Of a DNA stretch of 64,000 nucleotides, positions 26,611 through 38,946 are shown in pieces. Location of the stretch: assembly GCF_000002075.1 (NCBI RefSeq), contig NW_004797763.1, forward strand, positions 447,515-511,514, given 5' to 3'. Under the pieces are notes generated by a model. It was not told the origin of the DNA. It saw only the letters and a program-made list of their open reading frames with translations, and did no database searches. The number at the start of each line of letters is the position of its first letter. Position 1 is the stretch's first letter. A program made the translations under genes and the position numbers. The DNA comes from Aplysia californica. Its lineage: Eukaryota.

Positions 26611-28157
26611 TGGCGCTACTTAAATGGAGGGAATGATTTCTTGGGAATGTTGTCGCATGCATTCGACTACAACGATACTGGAGTTCTGCTCCGTTTATAA
26701 TAATATCCTAGAGTGTTTACTGCCATGGACACCGCTATTTATTCTATATAAAAATTTCGCAGCACACCCTTCTCACATTGAGAGCCCAAATGCAGAGCAA
26801 AACACCAGTCTCGTGTTCGCAGCACATTTCCCATCCTCCCTTTCATCAAAGATAATAAATAACAAGATGGGCCACTCAGCCAAAAAAGTGTCCGCAGGAA
26901 GTATGCACTTTGCTTCAGATGGCGCTGCAGTCTGTTTTGAAGCTCTCTTTCGTTTTTCCAGAAGAAGAATAGGAATAGCACCTCCTTGCGTGCGCAGATC
27001 GACTGCTGTTCATCAGTAGTTCGGGTTCGTTCAGTGCGGAGTTTTAGGTTATTTATATTTTAATGACCTCTCGCCTTTCATTCTAAAGTCAAATTAAACG
27101 AAGAAAACAATCACCCTTTCCTCCGGAAGAGGATTTTGTCAGCGTAACCATTTTAAAAAAGCGTTCTTCCGAAATTCATTCAAAAACTTGCTAGTTTCAC
27201 TTTGATTTTTTAAAACTCAAGTAGGATAACTCTGTTCGCTAAAGGTGCGCTTTTGTGAAGAGGGCGCCACCGAAATTTGAGGACACTTTTTTAATTGGCT
27301 CAAAGAGAGAAGTGGCCCCTCTTGTTATGTAGACTCATTGCTTTCATTCAGCTACAAATGGATTGAGAGAACTGGTGTGCATCACAGTCGACCGAAATTA
27401 CGCCAGAAGGCACAATTTAGGATACCATAATATAATTCTATGGTATTGCTCGTAATTTAGGCCTAATGGCATTGCCCTTGGGTGCAAACCTCGCAACGAA
27501 GTTTTTTCTTACAGAGCACAAATCTTGGTGGCCATCGGCGTGTACATTCTAATTAAAATTTAAGGAGAAAAAGGGGGGGGGGGGTACCACGAAAAGCAAC
27601 AGATTATCTCGTATCTTCGAAAACTACTGTCCGGGAATATCCGCTCATCATATAGAGGAATGCACAATTCTTGCATTTTGACGCCGACATAATATAATAC
27701 TATTTCCTGATGACTGTGGTAAGTTTCCGAATAGGTTACCACCCCTATCACATAAGCATAGATAAGACGTACTTTAAACGCAAAAAAAATTTAATGTAAA
27801 TGAAATTGTACTAAAAGCGTTTTAATTTGAATAATATACTACCTGGAAATTTACAAATTTTTAATTGAAGCACAAAAACAACAGACTACTTCTTTTCTTT
27901 GTTTCTGAAGAAGTAATATCATCGATCTGATGTGTACAAGTTCTAATGTGATATAACTCTCTTTTAGTTGAAGTGCGTAACCTTCTCTTGAACGGATGTG
28001 GTTGGTTTCAACACACGTATCTGTGAACTTCCAACCAAAAGCTGACTCAATTGTTAATTGAGACCGGATCTCAAGAAAGGATTTTTTCTGTTAATAATGG
28101 AAATGTGAAATAACCTAACTGCTCATATTTGTCGCTTACGGAGCTTCAAGCGAAATC

Positions 28158-29316
28158 ATGATTGTATGTTGTAGAACTTCTCCCAAATTTATCTCACTGT
28201 ACTTTATTTGGTTTACTGCCATTGCGTGTGTCATTATAAGACACAGCATGAGTCAGTGTCTAAGAGGTTCTGGCCGCATTCCTTGTACAGTTATTGTGGG
28301 TCAAGTTGATATTAAACAAAGTGTTGAGAAACACAAGGCCACGTGTAAATCGTATGGTATGCGTCTTCTAGAATTACTGTCGACTGAAGACAAATATGCC
28401 ATGAAATATTTCTATAAAGTTGCTAAAAATAGTCTGCAAAGTAGGAGCAACACCGTTGGAGTTTTGAGATCCAAAGATTCCGATGATGCATACTATCGGA
28501 GCTTTTCCGGCCCTGCCTTCATAAGTAAGTCCCCTCTATGGCTTGACGGCCAGCCTGATGAGGATGTTCGATGTGTGGCCATTACCAGTGACAAAGTAGG
28601 AGAGGTAGGGTACGAAGACTATTCGTGCGCATCCCAAAAGTATGCGCTCTGTGAGGCCTGTTTTGTGCCCAATCCTACCTGGACGTCCTGCTATTTTCCC
28701 TATAAATGCCAGTTTAGAAACGATTTGGTGTGTAAGATCTTTAGAGAAGCTAAATGTATACCGGTGTTTTTTACCAACAAGACGGACTACCTCCCTTGTC
28801 CGTACAACCGGTACGGCTGTGAGTGCGAGTCCCAGTGTCACTGCGCCGACAACGTGCCGTGCGATCTGTACACGGGAGTATGTCCGGCCGGCTGCAAGAA
28901 AAATTGGCAGGGCCCTAACTGCAATGTCACTAAATGTCGTGTGAACAAGTTCGGGGAGAACTGCGACAAGTTTTGTTTATGTGCAGGCGACCTTCAGTGT
29001 GACTTGGAGACAGGCCAATGCATTAACGGGTGCCCAGAAGGTATGAGTGATCGTTATTGTACCAAGTCTGAGTGTCCGCCCGGCAAGTACGGAGCCGAAT
29101 GTACACTAGACTGTCCTTGTGCCGAGGGGGCAACTTGTGACAAGAATTCCGGTCGGTGCCTCTCAGATTCTTGCCTTATAAAGACTAGAACACTGCCGTT
29201 TTGCACCAACATCTCTGCGTGCGAAGTAGGCACCTACGGTAAAGAATGCGAAGAGAAATGTCCTTGTCTAGATGGAAACGCGTGCGAGAGGAATCTTGGT
29301 ATCTGCAGCAACGAAG
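28158..29316 (+). CDS. Variable exon V1: signal peptide + C-type lectin-like domain (QPD) + about 4 MEGF10/SREC-type EGF repeats
   Basis: Intact ORF with hydrophobic N-terminus. CTLD pattern C..GMRLLEL.STED..W.DGQPD...C...YED.SC.....CE. EGF repeats C....YG..C...C.C.....C....G.C. Donor AAG|GTATGT at 29317, phase 1. Confidence 0.88.
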
Positions 29317-30059
29317 GTATGTGATATTGAAAATACCTCCGTCCCCCCCCCATGTTTTTTTGCTAGCACAACCTTCATACTCCCCCTCCTCCTACATTCC
29401 TCATCCTACCTCACTTCCTCCTCCTGCTCTTCCTCTTTTTCTTCTTCCTCATCATTTTCCTCCTCATAGTCACCACCGTAGTCGTTGTGAGGTATTTAGG
29501 AATAAAGTGCAGTACAGAATCCTTTAGAGAAAATAAACTCATTTCATAGCAGTTTAATGCAATATTGCTTCCTAACGTATTGACCAACCGTACTTTTTTG
29601 GTCTTCTCTCGAGACACATGGGTAAAACACACCCTGTAAAGGGGGGGGGGGGTATCATACATTAAACATACATTTCACTCACAGATGTGAATCAGTGCTA
29701 TTAACTTTGATATATCGTCTTTAAAATCTGCAATTCCCGTTTTCGCCTTCTTTAGATTTTACATATCGCCACCTTACAATAAAAAATTATATCTGCCCAG
29801 TACCTAGTTTTGAGAAAGTTGTTTAAAATAATATTGAGTTACAAAACGTATCAAGCTTTTTACGAATGCAATTCTTTGAATATCTTGATAATGATTCCGA
29901 GTAATCTTACGATTTTGCTAGCGCAGATAAAGCATTTGGTTTCTGACCTCATGGTATTTGTAACTCAAAAAGCCAAAAATGTCAGATAGAACCTTGTAAC
30001 TTTAAGGTAACGTTATTGTCTGTATCAGTATTATGTATGTTTGTCAATCATGATGGAAA

Positions 30060-30580
30060 ATAATAACAATAATAATAATAATAATTTAAAAAATAAAAAA
30101 TTAACAAAAATAAAATAATAATAATAAAAATAATCATAATAATAATAATAATACTATGGCTCTTTTCGTCTATGCAGACGGTCAATTTAGCTTAAGATGG
30201 TCGCAAGGTTGTCTTCATGCAGCTTCTTTCATGGCTAATTCTTCCTGTTTGAAGCGCAGATTCTGTCGCAGTGCTTGCATGTCCGTGTCGTAGATCGAAG
30301 CTCTGTATTTCCGCTGTTTTCCTTTCGTCGTTGGCGCTTCTCAGCCTGGTTGTTTCTAAGGCTGTTCTCTAACATTTTAATTCTTTCCTTTATACTTTTC
30401 CTCAATGTTTTCCGGTCCTCAGCTATTTCTTCTCAGATGTTAACATCTACTCCAAGCTAAGATAAGCTGTTTTTGCAGGTGTCTTTTTTGTACCTCAATT
30501 TTGGACTTCCTCTTTGTCTCTTTCCCTGGGCAAGTTCTCCATAGAGAAGTTCCTTCGGAATCCGGTTGTCATCCATTCTC
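30060..30580 (-). mobile_element. RTE-like LINE 3' fragment with (TAT)n tail
   Basis: Minus-strand translation RMDDNRIPKELLYGELAQGKRQRGSPKLRYK. Confidence 0.7.
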
Positions 30581-30904
30581 TTAATAATGATGATGATAAT
30601 AATAATAATGATGATAATAATAATAATAATAATACCATAATAGTAATTGCTTCATTGCACTTCTGGTAAAATAAATCCACAGATATTTAACTCGAAATAT
30701 AAGATGCTATCTCACACGTGAAATATAAAAAATTGCCTACGTTTCTCCGAGCACTTTCCTCGCCCTCTAACCTACTGTAAGCAAGGTATAGACTTGAATC
30801 ATAACATTCCCAAACCGTGCAATGTTAAGCCAGCCGCTCTTTGCCCTCTGTAAAATCTTCGTCGCAAGTGTGCTAACAATTACAGGCGCCTAAAATTTTA
30901 ATGA

Positions 30905-31860
30905 AGATTGGGGATCCGTCGGACTGGTCCGCACAGATGGCTGTGTTTCCTTTCTCCTCTTTGGATCCCTTTCTCCTTCGATCTACTTAGACTGTGGGAA
31001 CCGCTATTCACCCTATTCTCCCTCTAATTTTCCCTTACAGCGGTTAGGACGGTTGGTGGGTCCAGTGTCAAATTCCCTCCTGTTTTTGCTTCTCCAGCCA
31101 GCTTGTCTGCTCTCTCGTTGCCGGTCCCCCCGCGAGGTCCGGGCAGAAGACCCAGGCCACTCTTTCCAGGCTGCTCTCTCTGATCGTAGCCTTCCAGTCC
31201 ACATGCAGCATCCCTTTCTGTACCTTCTGTAGTGTGCTCATAGAGTCAGTAATGATTACTGCTCCCTGATGGCTTGTTTTCTTGATCCAGTGTAGAACCT
31301 CACTTATGGCTTTTATCTCCATACACATACTTGATGTTGTCAATGCAGTTGTTCCACTTTGCTCCTTCACTACTACCCCGTCAACTGACACTGAAGGCCC
31401 AGCCTGATTTGACTTCTCTGTTGACTGATCCATCCCTGAAGATCATAGTATCTCCATGTACGCTATGCTCTTCTATCAGGGTTTCAATTTCTGCGTTTGT
31501 AGCTCCAAGTGGCCTGTTGCGACATTCTCTACCCAATGTTGCCTTCACTGTTGTGTACTCTCCGAGCGCATCATCGACCACGACCCAATCCCTGCCTCTC
31601 CTGATGTCTTGTATCTGGCTGCACTCGTTGATGGTGTTCGTGGCTTGAGTCATCCATTCTGTGCCCCTCTTTAGCCTTGATGTCATCTGCCGTCCCATTT
31701 TCTTATGTAGAGGGTTCGTCTCGTCTGCGCTGACTCGCAGAAAGGCATGGACGTGTGCCAGTTTGTGCCTCTCGTCTGCACATGGGAAGTCTAGGAAGTA
31801 TCTCATTGCCTCAGCTGAAGTGTCTCGTGTGCACCCCAGGATTGCCCTCATTCATTCATT
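30905..31860 (-). mobile_element. RNase H-bearing LINE fragment
   Basis: MRAILGCTRDTSAEAMRY..., IFRDGSV, EIKAI, IITDSMSTLQ, WVFCP: RT C-terminus plus RNase H motifs across frameshifts. Confidence 0.8.
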
Positions 31861-33989
31861 TTTAATGAAGTGCTAAACACAAGTCTCCAATAATTGTACC
31901 TATAGTAGAGAGTAGGCATGGCACAACTCTCTACGTTGCCCTTAGTTGTGTTCCAAATTGAGTCAAATGGTGGGCACCATAGTGAAATGGGATTGTGTCC
32001 GAGTGCGGCGATGTATTTTACTGTGCTAGCAAACGACTCCCAGCTTTTGGTTTGCTTTGGTTGCAAATTTTAAAACCAAAGTCATCTCTATTCTCAAGAC
32101 AACATTATGTCACATAGATTTTAATGCAGTTTCTGAACTTTTCACTTTTTGAATCGTACGTCTTAATAGTCTTATGCTTTCTTTTCTTATACTTCCGTTA
32201 GTATTGGTTTGTTTGTGGTTTATTTCGTGGAGGGAGACATACGGATGGCACAGCATATAAATTAGCCTGGCTAACAACGATCCAGATTTTTTCTAATCCT
32301 TACTCTGACTCCAACGGGCATGAGCATTTTGTTTTTATATGAGACTGTAGAATATATCCTCATGTCCACTTGGCTGGTCATTTGAACTTTGCAGGTCCGG
32401 ATTTATGTCACCGGCTGATATCAATATGGTATTTAAAAAATTATAACATTCGTTATGGTGTTAGACCATGATTTATCCTACTTGTGAAATTGCCAGTTTT
32501 AATCACTTGTTGAAACTCGTGATTACAACTTGGCAATGTCACTCATAGGATAAATCATGATCTATAGTGCAGTCAAAAATTCTTGGCGCAACTTTTTGTC
32601 GAATATCTCCTACACTATTGAAACATAAACTCTCCAGCTTTTGCACAGTGACTTGTATCAATTTGTCTTAACAAATCAATATAATTTTTGTAAACCACTG
32701 TTAGCTCTATTCGAGAAAATTCCTTATTAAATACTAATTTTAAAATCCCAGAGGGTGGTTTCTACAGATTTTAAAAAGTTGATAGCTAGGACAAGGTCAC
32801 TTCTAAAAGCAAGTCCATCATTTTTTTAAATCGCGGGATTATGTTTACTGAAGCCATGTTTTCATAACTTTGTTTGCAAAAAAGTAGGTCACATGCGTAC
32901 GCAAAATGTGTGTGAGAAGTGGGAAGTCCTGTGAGCAATTCCATTTTCTGCGTGACGGAGATTTATAGTATTTTACACAAATTTATGAAGCAAAGATTTT
33001 TTTAAAGCTAGCTTCGATTGTTGTGAAAAAATATAGTATAGCGGAATAGAGAATCTATCTAAACATCATTTATATATTTGGCAACTTGGAAACACATGTG
33101 TCACTCACTTCATCTCAAGATTTATTGCTCCATTCCAGTTGACTTTCAGTTGATGTAAATGCACCGATCATTCCTTTCATCGAAAGTGGGCTTAGCTAGC
33201 ATATTATTTGTGAAAGTTCGTCACTTTGGCCGCCTAAAACTTCCAAACCACTTAACTTTCGAATGTGAACAAAAAATCACAATAATTTAAAGAGTGCACA
33301 GTTTTATTGAGAAGTCTGAAGTCACTGTAGCTTAATTTTCAGTTTTTCATTAGTTTCTAATCTTTGGAAAGTCCGTCTTCTAAGACGCCATTGTACACAA
33401 GTGAGACTTCCGTTCACTAGCTGTGCGCACTGGTCCCACAATGACTTGAGGATCAAGTCCGTTCATCGAACGGTGTATCCAGCTAGATTTTATAAATATA
33501 CATTCTCACCAGGAACACATATTTATACAACAAGAATTCCCGAACACCCTTGACACACCTGTTAGCACCGCCAAAGACCGTACAATTTAATTAACTCATC
33601 CTCCGCAACAATATCGTCTGGCTGTTGGCCACTTTTCGACAAAGGCCGCTTGACTCAATCCAACTATTAAAATTAACGAAAGAATCTGGTCAGACAGATA
33701 TCTATCTCTACGAAGATCTTTATTACGAAGAAGAATGCTGCATAATAATTTATGTATCACTACTCAGGCCTGTTTGTTTCTTTGTCTTTCTTTGAAAGGG
33801 TGTCTTTTCTTTGACTGTGCATTGCTAGCCAGAGAGATCTAGATCTAGATCTAGATTCTACATCGTTTCACTGTGAGGCAAACACTACAGTGAATCGTTT
33901 TGCCGAAAACGAGACATGCTTACCAGTGAGTTTTCATTTCCAAAGGGACGTAAAGTACACACTGGTATCAGTTTGGTCATACAACATTT

Positions 33990-34217
33990 NNNNNNNNNNN
34001 NNNNNNNNNNNNNNNNNNNNNNNNNNNNNNNNNNNNNNNNNNNNNNNNNNNNNNNNNNNNNNNNNNNNNNNNNNNNNNNNNNNNNNNNNNNNNNNNNNNN
34101 NNNNNNNNNNNNNNNNNNNNNNNNNNNNNNNNNNNNNNNNNNNNNNNNNNNNNNNNNNNNNNNNNNNNNNNNNNNNNNNNNNNNNNNNNNNNNNNNNNNN
34201 NNNNNNNNNNNNNNNNN
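33990..34217. other. Assembly gap just upstream of V2 (other gaps: 15401-15719, 16638-16779, 18214-18600, 45058-45209, 49473-49692, 51470-51785, 56986-57348, 58731-59017)
   Basis: Runs of N. Confidence 0.99.
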
Positions 34218-34271
34218 TTAAATCTAATGACTTTGCAACCAACAGTTTCCGTTCGAGAACAGGAATGAAAC

Positions 34272-35427
34272 ATGACTCTAAGTAGAATACCTCCGGGAGC
34301 TGTTTCAATGCTTGACCTATTTTTGTTCGCTGTCGTAATTTGCCACACCGCAATTATTTGTGATGCCAAGTGCTTAGTTGGTTCAGGTCGAATACCTTGT
34401 ACAAGATTTATAACTCATACTAAATTCCCCGTCTTGCTGTCTTCACTCAAAAAGGCATGTGAACGTATTGGTACTCGTCCTTTGGCAATGACGTCTTTGG
34501 AAGAAAAATATGCTTTGAACTACATATTTTCAACCAACAACTTTAAAACTGATACCACTCGGATTGTAGGAGTTGAGAGAATGTTTCCTCATAATGACAA
34601 GTATCAAATTATGGGAGGACCAGATTTCGGAACGACTTCCCCTTTATGGTTACGGAATTATCCGCAACAAAACAACAACTATTGCGTGGGGATTGCACTA
34701 TCCTCCGGCCAGAACACAGTGGGTTATAAAGACGTGGACTGTTCTAAATTAATGACGGGACTCTGCGAGGGCTGCCAGGTTTTCGATCACGTTTTCAACA
34801 ATTGTACCCATGTTGTCAAGTGCAACAAGGCGAATCCAGTTTGTAGAGAGGCTGACCAATACTGTCTTAGAGTGTATTTTTCTAACTTGACGGACTACCT
34901 CCCTTGTCCGTACAACCGGTACGGCTGTGAGTGTCAGTTCCAGTGTCACTGTGCAGAGAACGTGCCGTGCGATCTGTACACGGGAACATGCCCGGCCGGC
35001 TGCAAAGAGAACTGGGAGGGGCGACAGTGCGATCGAACCCGGTGCCCTTTAAACAAATACGGGGCCAGCTGTGAGAAGGGTTGTTTCTGCAAACACAGCA
35101 TGCAGTGTGACGTTATCACAGGTCATTGCCTCAGCGGCTGCCCACATGGAATGAGTGGACCTGGCTGTAATCGGAGCGACAGCTGCGACCGTGGTAAATA
35201 CGGCCCCGAATGTGCGGCAACCTGCGCATGTGCTGCTGGAGCGTTCTGTGACCAAGGCACAGGTCGATGTCTGTCAGATACGTGCTTGGAAAAAAGTAAG
35301 AGCCCGCCGTACTGCAATGATGTCTTCTGTCCTGAGGTAGGCAAATACGGCCCGGACTGCGATCAAAAGTGCATGTGCAAAATGGGTGAGCCATGCCATT
35401 CGATGACCGGTGTTTGTGCCAGTGAAG
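34272..35427 (+). CDS. Variable exon V2: signal peptide + C-type lectin-like domain (YPQ) + EGF repeats (alternative ATG at 34308)
   Basis: Collinear paralog of V1 (CLVGSGRIPC, SPLWLRNYPQ, TDYLPCPYNRYGCEC). Donor AAG|GTATGG at 35428, phase 1, same homologous codon as V1. Confidence 0.88.
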
Positions 35428-35444
35428 GTATGGGATGTTGTGGG

Positions 35445-35507
<63 letters not shown>

Positions 35508-35529
35508 CATCATCATCATCATCATCATC
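35445..35529. repeat. (CAT)n microsatellite just after the V2 donor
   Basis: Read directly from the sequence. Confidence 0.95.
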
Positions 35530-36379
35530 GTTGTCGTCGTCGGTGTTGTTGTGCAGTACAAAAGTATGTAACGAAGAAATTTTGTCAGGTAGGTTAAGTG
35601 TAATCAAAACAACGGTCAACTGAAGGTTTGGTTCAATGCAGTTTGTCATGAAATATATGAATTGTACTTCAGTTCAGGAGCTGATGATGAAGGAAAGTTT
35701 TTTTTTCAAGATCAAGCCTGGAGTCTGTTCGATTTTTTACTTCCAGTATGGAAACTCGTGATCTCAAAGCAAGCTTTGTCCGTGAAGATGAGGAATTCCA
35801 AGACTGCAAATATTTTTTGCAGAGCATGTCAAAATACTCTTTTTAAAACATTACATCATTCGTCGGTGGGACTTCGTATAGATCTATATGCTAGACGTCC
35901 TGTCAATGTCTGAAAAGTCGTATGTCCACTACGCATCCTTTAAGCATCGAAAGGCGGCCAAGAGGAAATGTGGAATTAATCCAGATAAGTGGTCTGTGTG
36001 GTTTCGATCCAATTTCACCACAAACTTTTGTGCACAGCTGAGAGAAGAAAAATAACCACACAACGTCATGAAACAAAAACCAGAAAATGTAGTCTCATCA
36101 AGTCTCACTCCGTGAAAGTTTGTGGTGAAATTGGACAGTGAAAGAGGAAAAGAAGCAGGACATGGCGTACCAGTGGTGCCCACCAACCATCCACAGGGTC
36201 GTCATTACCACTGGTACACCATGTCCTGCTTCTTTTCCTCTTTCACTGTGTTCTTTCTGTCTGTCTTCCATGCTTTTTCCGAACACTTGAAGATCAGCCA
36301 TGGTTTTATTGATTTTTTGCTCCGTACTCAATTAATATCTCCCAACCCATACATATAGATGTCATGAACAACATCGTGC

Positions 36380-36995
36380 ACTTTTCAAACTCGTAATTTT
36401 CCGTACCGCCTTCTGCTGTATAAAGATAAGGCACTTCGCCAGCGCAACCAGAAGACCCGACTCCGATTAAAGCGTTGAGAGATTTTTTTAATCAAGTATG
36501 CCAAGAGGGGAGGGGGGGGGTGTCTGGCATTACTGACTTCATTATGTTGTTGACTTGTATTTAATTCTGTACCAGTAACCCGCTGCATTTCATTGCATAT
36601 ATAAGCACAAGCTGGCCTGGACATGAGCCACTGTGTTCTCTGTGTATCTCCCATGCCTCTACCACGCGTCAGTCCTCCAGCAAACTAGGTTTTTCATTAA
36701 GACTTGCTCAATCCCGAGATCAGTACTCAGTCCAGCTCAGAAGCGATCACTTCGACGCAGAACGTGAAAGCCACACGAGAAGGCATTGAAAACTGATGGG
36801 TGCTGTTCTTCAAGCTGTCTCATCTTCTGAAGGTAGATATAGACCGACTTGGTGTACTGTGAGAGCCCGGCAGCAGCAAGGAAGGGGAGCATATCTTGCA
36901 AGGATTGTAAATGTAACCACCAGTCACCTGTACGTGCGGCTTTAAAGAAGCATTTCAAAATGTCAGTCATATCCATGTACTGAAGCCAGATACGA
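36380..36995 (-). mobile_element. DNA transposase remnant (Academ-like, tentative) between V2 and V3
   Basis: ARTGDWWLHLQSLQDMLPFLAAAG..Y.KSVYIYLQKM..F..GFHVLRRSDRF*AGLSTDLGIEQ..GGLTRGRG. Family assignment is from recollection of the motif; stops and frameshifts present. Confidence 0.55.
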
Positions 36996-38946
36996 AAAAT
37001 AAAGAGAAAGAAACAAAACTATTTTTAAAAAAACAGAAAAAAATGCAGCTAAGAAAATAATTTCAAAAAGAAAAAATACAGTGAACCCTTGTAAAAAGTT
37101 TTACACCTAGTCAAAAAAGTCTGGCGCCTTTACCACTAGGCTACAACGCCAACGATATAAATACTGATGCTAACATTACATACAGTAGGCCTACATATGC
37201 ACTTGATAAAATTGAACGTTCTTTCATTCAACTTCTGTTTGAATACACCCCGAGTTTGTTTGTTTGTTTGTTTGTTTGTTTGTTTGTTTGTTTGTTTGTT
37301 TGTTTAGTCTGCTGGGTAGAAGAGCTCTGATGCAACAATTATAGACCACAGATAAAGTAATTTACTTAATAGTATCAGTTTCCTTTAACATTTCTTCCAA
37401 AACACAGTTGTTTTCACATGGTGCGGCTATCGCGATCATTCCGCCGACGATGTGTGCACACTGCTAATCGAGCCACCGCGAGAGGAAACGGAGTTCGCGT
37501 TTTCAATGAAAATTTAAAAAACTTTCCAATTCGTACATAATTGTACATTTTGAGTATTTTAGATACGATGATTTACTCTATCAACTGTTTTTCTTTTGCT
37601 TTTATTTCCTTGCGATTTCTTAAATCTGCCAGACTATTTCTGGGACTTATTGTGCCACACGTCAACAAACTTCAAAAGGTTTCTGTGCCACAGCTTGCCC
37701 CTCCCAATTCTGACTTTAGGGGTAGATCTATATGTAGGCTATGACGGGATTAGTTAAAACCGACAGGTGCCCTTCCTCTTTGTGGTTAAAAGAAATGTTA
37801 CATGATGCAATCTTTATCTTAAACAAAAACAAAAGCTTCTTTTTGTGATCTTCCAAATCCAGCAAGAAAAAGAGTCACATGTGAGAAATGTCAATTTTGA
37901 TACGCTGATTCAGAATTTAATATTATTTTTACTAAAGAACATAACATTCAATAAGTCTACTAAACAACATTATTATCGTCGGCGGGCCCCATCAATACCG
38001 TCGACACGAGATCATCGCTTGGCCCAGTCGCTGTTCCCCGGACGAATTTTTTTCGCTTTAAAAAAATAGAGTCGCTGTTCTCCGGTCCTCCGAGCCCGTG
38101 GCGGGCAGTGAGTTATTGTCTTATTCTGGATTGAGGGTAAACAAAACTTCGTTGGCTTGTCCCAAATGCTATAGCTTGTCCAACTGTATGTTGTCGTTGT
38201 TCTATTTTTTTTTTTTTCGAACAATTTTTGAGTCAAATAATAACTGAAGATTTCCAAATTCTGAGAATCGCGCACAAGCATGAAGCAGCATAGAAAGGGA
38301 AGGTTCTTATACCTCCAAAATACACATTTTAACTACATGGATTATTGTAAGCCTTGATGTACCGTTAGTCATCACATTTGTAACTCATTGACTCAGTAAA
38401 TTACTATTTAACAAATGAACTTAGAAAACGTTGCCAGCTAATACTCGGGCGAGACAGTCAATAAAGACAAAATATCGGTTCATGCTAAGCAAATTGGTAC
38501 ATTATTATGGTGCAGAAAAACATTGTCAAATACACAACGGAATGTATTGCTTTGTGGATTACTCAAAAAGGTTAACAATGATCAGTAATAGCTAACGGCA
38601 ACACAAGCAATCTTTTCTAAAGTGAAGTGAAGTTGTATTGGGAAATTTTTGGAGTTCACGCCAAATGCCCTTTTTGTGAAAAGGGAAATCCCAAGAAAAC
38701 GTAAAAGTTGTATACGTGCACCGGTAGTGGGAAGTACTATTTCGACACATAAAGGACTCGTACAAATTCTACTCGCAATGCCACTGTTCGTGTGTGGGTC
38801 ACTTGGTTGAGTTGGCATTGCCCAGGTAGTTGTTTCATCTTTACAGAAGGAAAGGGATAACGCTTTTCCCCTTTCGTGGTTAGTTCTAATACTAACTCCA
38901 GTTACATAGGTGTGTAGTGTGTCTTTTGAGGCTTGCCAGCGCAATA

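Noticed and set aside
16146-28158. Functional coupling or bidirectional promoter between NAGLU (glycosidase) and the lectin receptor
   Set aside because: The starts are 12 kb apart and separated by transposons; nothing in the sequence supports more than adjacency.
35428-35597. Poly-His 'metal-binding domain' at the end of ORF 34272-35597
   Set aside because: It lies after the conserved splice donor, is a plain (CAT)n microsatellite and has no counterpart in V1 or V3. Most likely intronic; kept only as a possible read-through product.
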